From: Amphiscolops sp. MND2022
Lineage: Eukaryota
DNA: 64,000 bases
Direction: 5' to 3'
Assembly (NCBI GenBank): GCA_964187785.1
Contig: OZ076414.1
Coordinates: 68,882,001 to 68,946,000, forward strand
The notes below the pieces were generated by a model. It made no database searches. It was given only the letters and a program-made list of their open reading frames with translations, and was not told the DNA's origin. Both the position numbers and the translations under genes were made by a program. Positions 26,233 to 39,115 of this stretch are shown piece by piece (the first letter of the stretch is position 1; every line of letters begins with the position of its first letter).

Positions 26233-29200
26233 ATGGACCAATCATCTAGAAACCGACTACCATGTCCACTCGGGCCAGTATCTTCTATGTCCTCGCTGCC
26301 TGTCGCAGAGCCCCAAACCCACACTGACCAGCCTGGTCTGACCCAGGCAAATCTTCAATCTGATGTCTCACCAACACTGGCCACCAGGATAGCCATGCTA
26401 ACCGCCCAAATGCAGACATTAGAAACACACCCTGATTTCACGCTCTCCAGTTCCATTGGAATTGGCTCCTACCGTCGCACAGCTGAACTCCACAACGGAA
26501 CATGGCAGGGCCATGACCTGAATCAACACTTTGATGACAACTGATCAAGCTTGCGTTACAGTGAGCCTGCTAGGCCTTCCCCCATGGCACCCCTTCGATC
26601 AGACCTGCGACAAACATCTCAGCCGCCAAACTCTGCAGCTTCCGTCAACACTGGAACCGAACCGCCAACGTCTACTGCCACAACACAACTAATTACATGT
26701 CTACTACCAGCCATGCCTCCACCGATGCTAACATACACCTCAGCTTCTGCCTCCACATGTATACGACGTCTTCACGACAACGACCCTCATCTCATACGCC
26801 CTTCAACTTTCAGGGGGGAAGGGGTAGAGGAAGCAAGCACCAGCACATAAAACACAGTCAATGCTACCGAAAACACTACGACAAACTTAACGCAAAGAAC
26901 AGTAGTAATGCGAAACCCATTCGATGTGCCCATCATGAAAGATGTAGTTGGATGCCTGGACTCATATGTTGCTTTATTGCCACAACCACCAACGGACCCA
27001 CAGCACCTGAAAGGCTTCCAAACTAATCCGGAACTACAAGAACAACAAAAGATACAGGAAAAAAACAGAGACAAGCTCCCATCGATCTCAGAAACGTGTT
27101 GAACCAAAAGGAGCAAAACATAATAGAACAATTGGCCCAAAAGAACAGAGCAAGAGAACTAGCCAATGCAAACACGCCTAGCTCCAGTTCAAGCCTCTCC
27201 CCAGTACAACAACCAGAGGCCAGACGAGTACGATTTTCCGACGAACTCCTCTCGCAGACAGAGGCACGACAATTCGACATTGCCACTAGAGACGCGGTGC
27301 GTCTGCAAAGAGAAGCCAAACCAGGAAATCCAAACTCTGGCATAGATGAACAAAAATTCGATACTGGTACTAGCAAAGGAGACCCAGAGAATGTGCAAAA
27401 TTTAGAAAAGGCTTCAATTGGAATGCACTATCTACGGCCCATGAACAAACCAACTTTGCTACTAGACCGCATTCCCCAATGGTTCGAAAGAGTAGAAGAG
27501 GACCTTCGCAAGGATATGTCTTCACTCACGAGACCATTGTCATCAAGGACAAAGCTAGATATACAACGACCAGCAAGATACGACGAACAACTGCTGCGAG
27601 GCAAGGACTTCAAAAGGGACCTATCAGCATTACTACCCATGGGCAAAAAAGTACTTCAAAAAACAAGCATCGCCTTATTCATAGACTCGACAATGAAAGC
27701 AACGGCCATTATGAACAACACTTTAATGGATGTTCGAGTGATGAATCTCCCCTGCTCATCGTTAGAGGAAATGGCCGAGGTGACGTGCAAGGTCTTCGGT
27801 CCCACCGCAAATCACTCTGAAACAATAAAATTTCCCCCAATACGGATCTACATCAATATAATTGACCAACTGGCCCTTCGAGGAACACTGAAACACTTTG
27901 AAGGAGGAAATCGAAGGCTAACAGAAGCAGTGATGACTGGCGAAGTAGTGGCCTACATTGAAACCATGAGGAATGTGATTGGAAAAGTACAGAGAAAGAA
28001 GCCCACAGTAGGCGTAATCTTCGTGTCACCCCCAGGATATATATATATATATATATATATCTACCATTACCACTCCAACATTGCTGTACCTACTATCTGA
28101 AGCCGCCCACGCCCAGAACCTTCATTTCTACCTTGTAGCCTCAAACCTAAGGTTCAGTGCCAAGACCTGGCGCCCATGTGAGAATTCATACTCTGCACTC
28201 TGGGCTGAAATATCAAAGGCTCTACAAGCCTATATTGGATACAAAGGAAACTCGCAATTTACAGCCGATGATGCCACCGCCTTCGACTTTGGGATGCAAA
28301 TGGCACACCGCACCTTTGACAATAATGGGATGCGCCGCAACAGGGACCCAAACGAACACGAGAGAGCGAACATGATTGACAACATATGGTTCGAAAAAAG
28401 AGACGAGTCAACTCTGGACGAAAAGACGCACAACGCGAAATTCCATATAGAGCTGGTAGCTCTCTCCATGAAAACAGAGGAGATCTGACAAACTCGCACT
28501 GAAGTGACTGTTTTCCGAGTAGCGACACAAGCAATTGACTCAAAACCAAACATTGTCTCTCCAACCTTAGTGCTACTATCAATATTAGCCCAGAAAACAG
28601 CACAGGAAAACCAAACCAACCCACGACACTCATACCAATCATGGCACCTAGAACTACAGCAAACCCTAGCCGAAATGGCCGAACGTCATGGAATCCCATT
28701 CCCGATATTCCTGTATAATATCTCACCTTTCTGGGTACCCAAAATAGTACAGCGCAAGAACAATTTAGATGATCAACAAAATGTATGTAGAAGCCATGCA
28801 ACGGGCCAAGATCAGTAAAATCCTCGCCTACCTGATGGCCGCTGGCCTGAGCTTGTTCTATAAAGGCCCAACACACCTGGTACAAGAATTAGTTCTGAGC
28901 AAAGCCAACTCTTGCCTGCTTAGCTTCTTGATATTTGCAAAAAACCAACGAGGCTGGATCAACGCAATTCTGAAAACACTGGATCCCGCGGGCGCTCTGA
29001 AGCTCAATGCCCAACTAGCAGAAAACATCGAATCGATGCTGGCCTGGATCTTTTCAGCGTGGATGAACGTCTCAGGCATCATGATCACCATAGACAACCC
29101 TGACACGCTGAACCAGCAAAATAACGATAAAAACGTGCCAGGTTTCTTCTTCCCCTCGCAACTTGCCAGCCTAATGCTAGTGGAAACTGAAGATCTAATC

Positions 29201-30301
29201 CCAGTGATTGCCCCGATAGTCTGGCCTATAATTGATCCCATGATGGCTCTCAGATACCCTACACAACCACTCAGAGTAGCTGCTAGTTCACCCACACTAT
29301 CCATACTGCACTTTGTGGATCCTCAGGACGATGCCAGACCACCTGGATTTCAGACGCTAGTACGCGACTTTGCCAAGTTTCGACCCCCAATGGCGTACAC
29401 CATTATCAAAGACAAAAAGCAAGTCGAGCACAACTTCGTAACTCTGATCCGAGCCAGAGCGCGGTGCGCAATACCAACGCTGTACTTGACTAACGCTGTA
29501 CAACGTCTGGGAGGACGAAGAAAAGGTACAACGCCAGAAAAGCTTCAATATCAAAATATTCAAGACACCTCCCGCATGTATAACCCCCGGACGAGACCAT
29601 TGGATAGCACCGCAGTAGCCTTGACTAACATCACATGCTGGACAAATCCGCCGATAGTAGACCAGACTATCTATCGCAATTACCAAATGCTAAATGCAAC
29701 CATACCTAAAATCGCAAAAGAACCGAAACGAAAAATCTTGCCCATCAACACAGAAGCCCCAAGCAACCCAAAAATGGCGATGGAAATTTTCATGAAGCTG
29801 GTAACTAACCAACAAGAGGAAAACAGCTCAGTGTGCACAGGCTATCTAACTGCAATAGAAACCTATAAAGACACTTCCAAGAGATATAGACGCCAAGACC
29901 TTGCCAACAAGCTGCCAGAGCAATGCCCGGTGGGCTCCTCCACAGAAAGACAGGCAGTGGGACAAGAAGAAAACTCTACCAGTGGCAGCACAACATCTGT
30001 GTTATCTACCATCACTCCAGAAGATACCCCGCAAGTTATCACAGCAGCGAACATGGATACATCCACTAATGATACTAGTCAAGCCAATCGGATGTCAGAA
30101 GACAATATAATTGTTCCAGACAATAACGTAACGATGCCACCATACAGTCCAGAAAACATACCAGTATTTATATCCCAGTCGGAGGTGGCTGATATAGAAT
30201 CAGAACTCAATGAATTGCCCAGCGTGAACCCCCAAGAACTGCTGTCAATGGATATGCTACCAGAAACATTAAACGAAGCGCCACATGAACAAACTGATTG
30301 A
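26233..30301 (+). pseudogene. ORF3 (~1350 codons, disrupted) in env position, with SGNH-like domain
   Basis: Pieces 26182-27102 share one frame, separated by single stops. They continue via frameshifts through 27096-28100, 28081-28818 and 28769-30301. IALFIDST...FVSPPGY...WRPCENSYSALWAEISKAL pattern at 27660-28240. Confidence 0.7.
28037..28060. repeat. (AT)12 microsatellite
   Basis: Directly read; lies at an ORF3 frameshift region. Confidence 0.95.
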
Positions 30302-30696
30302 ATAAAAGACGCCAACAGTGAACAGTCCCAGCATGGAACTGAACCAATCAAACCCAAACTCACCAAATACAACATTAACCCCACTCAGTGCAATTATTAA
30401 AATACCATGCGCTATTTTAGTTACCAAATTTTGAATGCACTCTTATTGATGCAATTACCTAGCAGGTATGTCCCAGCTTGGTGCCTTCCTGCCCATTAAC
30501 AAAGAAGTGCAATTAAAGTCTTGCATTGAAATATTCTTAATTTTGCTGGTAGGAGACGTGAGAGTGCTACCACTCCCCAAAAGAAGTAAAATTCAAAAAA
30601 AGGAGGTTGAAAAATGATGTTGCTAAAATTTACTAAATGAATAAGAATGCGCCCTTCTCCGTTTGCCGAGGACGACAAACAACAGCCCGGGGAGGA

Positions 30697-31402
30697 TGTA
30701 ACGTCCACCAGTTGACACCAAAAATTCAATCAAAGGCCAAAAAATGTGCGAATCAAAATGGCCGACCTAGCAGGTCGTTGAAATCAAAAAAGAACAACAG
30801 AAAACGCAAAAAAGAGACCCGCGCAAGACTAAAACGACGAGAAGACGACATACCAATAGAGAGACACGTAGTGGGACTCGGAATTGTGCCATCTCACTCA
30901 GAAATTGCTAGTTCTTTTTGAGGAAATGGCCCGGGATCCAAATATCCCATATTCGAAGAAAAACTGGAAAATTGTGGAATCAATGAGAGAACGTTGGAAG
31001 TGTCGATTTTGATTGATTGTCATATTATTATTGTTCATTCGCAGATTTATGGAAATGCAGGATCTGCTAGATCCTTGTGCTGGAACTTTTGAAGGTTATT
31101 CTTATAATAGAATGCTTTCAGACTAAAAACCTGTTTTCGGACCTTGGAGATATGTAGAACCGCAGGATTTCTTTAGGATACGTTTTTACGTGCTTGTGGG
31201 ACGTGTCCGGACTTTGAGTGTGCCGGCACGTCGCCACGGAGCTTTAATATGAGGAGTCTCCTCGGCGTTTTGGAAAAGTCCCTACTGAGACCTTTCAGGG
31301 ATGAAAAACTGATGTTTAGGTTGTTATAAGACACTGGTCTCTTGTTAAGACATCCTGAGCATTATCCCAGTTCTAGAATGTAGCTGCTAGCTTGACGTTA
31401 CA
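30697..31402 (+). repeat. 3' LTR, preceded by PPT GCCCGGGGAGGA
   Basis: TGTAACG...CGTTACA, 706 bp. Confidence 0.95.
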
Positions 31403-32649
31403 CATTTTTTCCTGAAGGAAATCAAAATTAACAATTGTACTGTACTCTAGAGCTTTGAAATAAATAGCTCTGCTTCGAGCTAAAGTCTCTCGTTGTGTTT
31501 ATGACTGGTGCCAACTGAGGTCGCTTTGGTAAAATTAATAAGAGGCCCAGCGGCAGTAAATCTTGACAAAAACTGATTCCGAAAAATTTGGGTTTTTCCA
31601 GCTAAAGTGTGAGCAGCCAGAGTTGGCAATCTGACTAAATTCACAGAGAGAGAAGTCTCCGAATCATGCCCAAGTACCATATTTGAAAAGTTTCTATAAA
31701 ACCTCGTAGTGCCAAAAAACTTCATTGAGGGGACCTATGAGGCTGATGAAAACTATTTTTGCTGACTAAAAAATAAAACATACCCCAGAGCACACATTTT
31801 AGTGAGCGACAACGTTTTTATAAAAGTCGAACATTGTCAAAAAAACCCAAAAAGGTCTGGTATATAGCATGAAAGCGAAAGATTACAAAAGTGTATACGA
31901 GGAGAATGAAGAAAACAATTGTTTTGACTAAATTGCTTTTTCGATGTTATCAAGAGAGATCAAGTCATCAAACTTATGCTATCCTATATCAAAAAAGCAA
32001 GCCACGAACAGCTCAAGCGAAGCTCCGATTTGATCAAATCGGAGCGTCGGTCATGTTTCAAAAAGAGCAAATTGTTTCGATTATGCGAAAGGACACTTTT
32101 GTGAAAATCTTTATCAGAATTGCAGAGCCGAAAACAAATCCAAAGTATACACTAAGACTCGAAAACCGCTATTTCAGAAAATTTAAAAAAAATGTTTCTC
32201 GTTACAAAAGTCCGTAGTGTGGGAAAAACCCAGATCGCAAAACGCTTATTCCAAGCAAAAAATTTCCTTTGAGTGAAGGTGGGTATCCTTCGACCAAACG
32301 AAATATTTTCATAAACGCCAAAAAAGCGATTGTCACAGGTGCTAATGAAACTCTCATTCGGACCACATGACGTAAATATATCCAAAGGTGTCACTCCTAA
32401 GATCCGAGAAAAATATACCTCACACAAATTTCCGAAAACAAAACACTTTGTGACGTTGTGAGGTTTTTGAACTGTTTCCAAAATCTGTATCAAAGAATAA
32501 TTTCTAAAAGTACCATTGTGCCAAAACAATTGTAAGGAGGCCCTTTAGCCCAGAAAATGCTTCGTTTTAGTTTGCTTGACTTTTCTCATCGATCGGTTCA
32601 ATTGCTTTCTGTGACAGTGTGAAATCTAACCATTCAGTTAGGGCTTGCG

Positions 32650-34800
32650 CAAATTTACACTTCTAATTTCAGTCGAAATCCAACTTCGTCGAGCGTCCTT
32701 AACACTTTTTCGACCTTCTACATTGTTGCTCCTTGCGTCCCTTCGTTACTATCAGAATATCGTCAACGAAAACGAAAGTGTTTTGTACAGAAAATTCTCT
32801 GTGATCTTCTTGAACTCTGGTGGCATTATTTTTAGCCCATAGTATACTGTGTTGAACGCATATTTTCCTGATGCCCTTCCACCAATTATCTGGAAATTGC
32901 AGAGCTTTGCTGTCCCTAGGTGGATTTCTGTTTGGCCGTACGCACAACATATCCAGTGATGTAAACATCAATGTAGCTTCTTCGTTGGTGTTGATTAATT
33001 CCGCGATTTATTCCATTGTTATTCAAATTGGGCAATTGGTACTTCTCCTTCTGGAAGGCATTCTTCAGAGATCTGGCATCTAATGCTATCTTGACGCTTT
33101 TGTCTTTCTTGACAAGTATATAGAATTCATTACAAAATTTTTCCACCCGTCGTAGGTGCCCATCTGCTAGCAGTTTTCTATTTCTTGTTCTACCGATTCT
33201 TGTAGTTAAAGTGACACTATTCTTACCTTCTTTTGCGTGTTTTTCGCATCATTCTTGAACTCGATTTTTATTGATGCCTTTTAATTTTTTTTTCGTGTAA
33301 ACAAATTTGGAATTGTTTCTTTCTCTTTTGCATTGTTATGACTCATTGTTAATGTTGTTAATGTTGACGTTGTCAAACTGGCTGTTTTTGTTCGCTTCCC
33401 CTACTCGAAAAATCAGTCGAGCTAGACAGTCTCTCCCGAATAATGGTCTTTTCCCTCTCTCGTTATGACAATACGCGCAAATTTGATTTTGTTGCTCCCC
33501 ACTTTCACAATTTCTGTGATAAATCCCACTAAATTCAACGGGTTGTTATTGTTATTTACGCAATTCTCATTTTGTGGCATCGGTCTGGCAAAAACGACAT
33601 CCACTACAAATTCTTTCCGTAAGCCTGCTTGGGTGAATATCGTAACTAGTGCGCCGGAATTAATCAGTGCAGTGAATGTTTCTTTATATACTTTACCTTT
33701 CATTACGAAAAATCAGTCGAGCTAGACAGTCTCTCCCGAATAATGATCTTTTCCCCTCCCTCGTTATGACAATACGCGCAAATTTGATTTTGTTGCTCCC
33801 CACTTTCACACTCTCTGTGATAAATCCCACTAAATTCAACGGGTTGTTATTGTTATATACGCAATTCTCGTTTTGTGGCATCGGTCTGGTAAAAACGACA
33901 TCCACTTTATTTTCTTTCCGTAAGCCTGCTTGGGTGAATATCGGAATTCGTGCGCCGGAATCGATCAGTGCAGTGAATGTTTCTTTATTGACTTTAAGTT
34001 GAACTTCTAAGTTGATAAGCACTACCGTTCACGTGGAGTACCAAGTTGTCTTCTTCTGTCTCACTGCCGGTTTCTGATTGTCTACTCTCGTCTAAATAAA
34101 TTAACCCGTCGCATTGTGGCACAATTGTTGTTTTTGCTTCTTCCTCTGAAGTTGCCATATTTTTTTGTTTTGCACATTCTTGCGAAATGTCCAGCCATTC
34201 CACAGCTCCTGCATTGTTCGTTCGTTGCTTCACAGCTAGCCAAGTGATATTTTGTGAACTCGAATCTACATCTTGCAAACGTAATTTTTACTCATTCACA
34301 AGAATACGGTCTTTCTTGTACGGTTTTATTATCCATGTTTTGTATGAACGCATCCATTATGAGGACTTCTGTTTGTTCCCAAAATTACAAGTTCCTGCCA
34401 TGCCTGTTAATGAATGCCAAAACTGACGCAGATTTTCGTTGTCTTTTTGTTCTCTGGAAAAGAACTTGTAACGTTCTAATGTTCGGTTTCTCGGTTTCAT
34501 GAAGCTTTTTGCCGCAGTTTTCTTTTATTTCCTCCAACGACACTGTTGCTATTATGATGTGTGGAAATTCATCAGGCAGGCTTTTTCTTGCTGCTGTTTT
34601 CCAACGATAAGAATAGGATAATAACAAGTTTCTCTTGTAGTGCCTGCTCATTCAAATGATTGTGTGGTCTGTTTTCAGTAACGTTCTGTAGTATTTCGTC
34701 TACGAATATTAAATATTTTGCAGTTTTGCAACCATAAACAAGTTCCACCACTCCTCCCATTCCATTTTAGCTGCAGTTTCTGACAAAGCCTAGTAAGCTT
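32650..34800 (-). pseudogene. Decayed Gypsy gag-PR-RT remnant
   Basis: Gag-like EWEEWWNLFMVA (~34770), protease LIDSG...SLFGRDCLARL (33400-34000), RT VKKDKSVKIALDARSL...KYQLPNL (~33030-33120). Confidence 0.75.
33406..33990 (-). repeat. Exact 300-bp-period tandem duplication of the protease segment
   Basis: CGAAAAATCAGTCGAGCTAGACAG at 33406 and 33706; ~90% identical. Confidence 0.9.
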
Positions 34801-37349
34801 GCAATCCTGTCGCTGCACCAGGTTATTGCTAATGTTTCCCAGATAAAACCATTGAAATTCGGATAACTGTGTTTTGAATTCAGACCATATGGTAATGATT
34901 CTGGTTTTTTTTGAGACAACGCTTGTGTTGTTACACAACCTGTAAATGTTTTCATCTTTTTTTTGATCATATGTAGCGACGGCAGTGCTCTGCCACACAC
35001 ATATAAACTAAATTGATGTATCAAAACGTTAAAAATGATGGTTGATAAGCTTTAGGAACTTTAGAAAATTTCGGTTTTGATTCCCCTGAGGTTTATATCG
35101 ATTCAAGTGTGTTTTTTTCTGTGTTCGCTTAGTTACTTTTAAACTTTTTGAAAATATTCAACTCAGCTGAAAGTTTTATGAAACAACTCTTGAGTGAAGC
35201 ATTTGTTTGGAAAATTGAACTCTGAACGACAAGGAAAAGTTTTACACGACTGAGATCTAAATTTTCCGCCAACCAAAACGAAGTTTTTCATAAAACGATT
35301 TCAATTTTAAACTTATTGGAAATGAGCACTAGTGCCTGAAACAGAAGATGGTGAAAAAATGATGAAGTGTTTATTCTGCAGTTTTTTAAAGTCATTGAAA
35401 AAACTGGATAAAACCACTGCCTGTAAGTATAAAATACTTCTGCACAAATACGTTTTTCTGACTTTTCCTCAAAAATACGAGCTCCGAAGAACTGAATCAA
35501 CGTTGCAACAGATAATTTTTCATTTCTAACAGCCTTTTTAAACTGTTTAACTGATGGGCCTCCAGTAATACTTTTTACTGAAAAAATTCGTTTCTTCTTT
35601 TTTTCTTATTTTTCAGATCCACTTACATTTTTTAAAGTAGGCTTGGATGTGATAAATTGAGTTTGACTAAACCAAAAAAAATGTGTTTGGCTCAATAATT
35701 TCAAAAAGAGATTCCTTCATATGCGAGAAGAAAACGTAATCATAAAAGTACTTAGCAAACGTCGTGTTTTTCTTGAAACAGTAGAGCACTTTCAATTCCT
35801 TTAATTCCAATTCATATTTCACATTCTCTATATATGGAAAAAGGGAGATTGAACTTTCAGTAGAGTTTCGAAAAAAAAACAACTTTTGCAGTCTTCTATT
35901 CTTCTATTTTCATGCTCAAAAACTCAGTATTGAACTGGAAACTTCAGATGGTTGCATATTAATTCATGTTAAATTTTTAACAATAGCTTTTCCACAAAGT
36001 TCTAATGTAACTAAGCGGCGATCTTCATTTCATTTTTCAATTTTTTTTTCAGAAAAAAAACTGTTCATTTTTCGAATGGAATATTTTTGTCGGCAAAATA
36101 TCCACAAAATTAAACGACAAGGATCTAGCTCCAAAGGAAATTTGACGAGTGGAGCAACAAAAACGTTTCAAAATTGACTTGTGTGAAGTGTTCTCTGAAA
36201 TGCTTTCTGGCAGGTTCGAACAACATTATTAGCATACGTTTATTGGTAGTTCTCAAACCCAAGTTTCGAAATGACCAAAAACTGCAAAGGTTTCAAAGTA
36301 TTGATAAATTTATTTACATTTTTTCCAAGTTTGAGACGTTCTTGCGAGTACTACGATACAAGTTCGAAGACAATAAACGTACCGAGTAAGCAACCTTTTG
36401 ATATAGAATTACGTGGTTTGCCGTTGAAAAATGCCTCAAAATGTGCTACGTGTAGCAAAAACAGCTAAAACTGGGTTTGAGAACAAACGTGAAATATTGA
36501 ACGTTTGAGTACTTAGCACGTTTTTCAATAGGTAGATGACTAGTTTTTCCAAAAAAACTTAAATGAAATCAAAAAGGTTATGAACGTTTATTGCAGTTTA
36601 TGTGTAAGTTTTGGAAGATCCTGAGAGTTGTAAAGAAAACCAGTGGCTACACCGGTATTCCAACACAGATTTTGATTTTTTGAGTTTTTTTTACCAAAAT
36701 AGTAAAAACTGTCACAAAAGGTACGGACAATTATAGGTTTTCAGGATCATGAAGCATCAGGCGCCTGTTGGAAGGGTTTTAAAATCGCACTGAGCTCTTG
36801 GAATTAAACAATGCCTTCGCCTTTTACGCATGGGTATCGTCAATGGGAAAACCCTATTTGACGAAGAAAACAACAAGCCGGAACCGTAAAAAGAGGGCAC
36901 CCCGCTCAATTTTGTTGATTATGCAAAGGACACAGGTTGTTCTTGCCAGAGTGTGGCGCTCAGTCCTTTCGTACTAGCAACTGTGGTTATTAAAGTTGGA
37001 TAGTTCGAGTCATAGTGTGCCAAACACAGTACTTCCGTGTTTTTGTGTTCCATGTTTTCAAACGCTTTCGTGTCCTCTTCGGTCCAGTTCCGCCATAGAA
37101 GACAGTGAAGACCAATCAGAAAACGGAAATTTGCTTCATGGTTTTGATTTCAAGCAAAAAAATTATCACACGAATCCTGTAACGCCCAAATCTGCAACAC
37201 GTGTGGACCATATTATGTCCAGCTATCACTACCTCTAATGAAAACATAATTAAACAAAACAATCATGAGTGATAAAGTTACACTGATATCGCATGTGCTC
37301 TTTGTTTTTGACCAAGTTCACTTTGGTAACGAAGCAAAATCTATGGCCA

Positions 37350-37833
37350 GAAATCTACAGAAACTTAAAACCGACAAAAATTCTTGAACGCTTACAAAAT
37401 AGAAAGTGAGAACGTATTAACGTGATATAATTCGAGATCTTCAAAACGAAAATGTTTTGTGTTGATCGATTTGCTCCTAAAAAGAAAACCAAGACTGGAT
37501 TACAAACAAAATAAAAAACGCGAAAAAAGCGAAGTAAACTATCTTCTTTCAAACAAGGATAACAGATCCCAACGAAAAAAAAACACATTTAACTATCGTC
37601 GTCGAAGACATTTGGTCTTCCAAAAATATCGAGCTGCAAAACATGAAGCAAATTATCCTGAGCTAGGGGAAAAACCATCATATGAGAGTATTCAGAGAAC
37701 ACTGAAAGGCCATATGAGAGCAACCCAGGCCATCCCAATCAGTTCTGATGTTGAAAATTGGACTCTTTCATCTCATCCATTGGACCCAATCTATTTGCCA
37801 TTACATCAAATTAATCGATTAAGGAAAGATTAG
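37350..37833 (+). pseudogene. Possible LINE (CR1/L2-like) ORF2 linker remnant
   Basis: K/R-rich ORF with ANYPELGEKPSYESIQRTLK, reminiscent of EN-RT linkers; no catalytic motif seen. Confidence 0.3.
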
Positions 37834-38898
37834 AGCCATAAGTTTTACGCAACGACAAAATGATGGTGCTAACTTTTTAAAATGATGGAGTAATCATGAA
37901 AGGGAGAACTGTCACGATATCATCGCAAAAAATGTCAGAAGTGATTGCAAATTTAGAAAATTTCGGTTAGTTATCAATTGGTCCGTTGAGCTGGCAACGG
38001 TGACAATTAGGAGTGTAGAAAATTGTATTTAAAAATCTTTTTTCAAAAAATGAATATATTTATCAGTATCTAGCTAACAATAAATATATTAATATATAAA
38101 TATATTGTTTGAAGAAAAAATTATTTTGTTCGTTTTACTGAGATGTTAATGACTTGAATGATGTTCAGTTTTAGTTCTTTTAAAGAGTACATAAGAAGTT
38201 TTGAAGTCTTAACATAATATCGTCTGAATTGCTAGCTAGTTCTAGATTCACAGTTCTCTGAGATCTCAGTTAGGTCTTTTCTATTTTCTTCAAGGAAGAC
38301 TATTCAACAGATCAGAATCCAATTTTCTTCTTTGATTATATATCATCAGCAATTCTATCAATGATTATAGAGATTAAATATTTTAACAAATCTTCCTAAA
38401 TCGAATTATCCACATTACTAGTAACTGAAACCGAATACTTTATAACAGTTGGCTGAGAAGATGGTTTGAGTTTCGTGCATACCGTGTATACGATCATAAT
38501 AGTACATTTGTGGGAGTACTTGCAAACAATAAATGAATATCAAAATGAATTGGCACAAAACACAAATAAATTAGAACAAAAATTACATATATTGTATTGT
38601 ACAAAACTGGAAAATATGAAATTTTCAGTTATTCGTTGTCAATGTATTTAGGTAAAAAATTTTTTACATCCCTGGTTACAATTGCACAGGTTAAAATGCG
38701 TTCAACAGTGGGCCCTGCAACCAATCATACATAACCCGGATCCAACGCGACATGTCAATCCTTGAAATTCCATGCATGGAACCATATGGCTTCATGCGAT
38801 AATTTTATGTCGTTTCCATGTATGGAATGATGACATAATTCACAAAATTTCTTCCCAGGCGTAACTCCTATATAAACCTACAATTCTATCCAATGATA

Positions 38899-39115
38899 TG
38901 TAACGATAAGCTCTCACCATGTCGTCATTTCGTCAAAGAGTGGTCGAGGTACCTACAGTATGGGTATATGCCCGGGACAGGCTCCCATGACCATAGGCCC
39001 ATTTTGCCTCCTTCGGGTAAAAGTTGTCCCGTCAGGGGGGATTTCGCCTCGTGTGGAGTACTCGCCCACTTGAACTAGTCTTTTATTGCTATCGGTAGTG
39101 TGAATTACACTTTTG
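38899..39115 (-). repeat. Truncated LTR fragment of family C
   Basis: Reverse complement of the 3' end of the 43116-43889 LTR (TGTAACGATAAGCTCTCACCAT...GCCCGGGACAGG). Confidence 0.8.

Larger units (their letters stand above)
13439..31402 (+). mobile_element. Giant (~18 kb) decayed Ty3/Gypsy LTR retrotransposon with accessory domains and extra ORF
   Basis: Two near-identical LTRs, PBS, PPT, gag with CCHC knuckle, and domain order PR-RT-RH-IN. Many stops and frameshifts. Flanks CAT/CAT. Confidence 0.97.

Noticed and set aside
27023-30384. Antisense ORFs over ORF3 and gag/pol
   Set aside because: Shadow ORFs of the sense coding frames, with no independent motifs.
31480-32560. Protein-like ORF fragments right of the giant element
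   Set aside because: No motif; AGKT lacks P-loop context.
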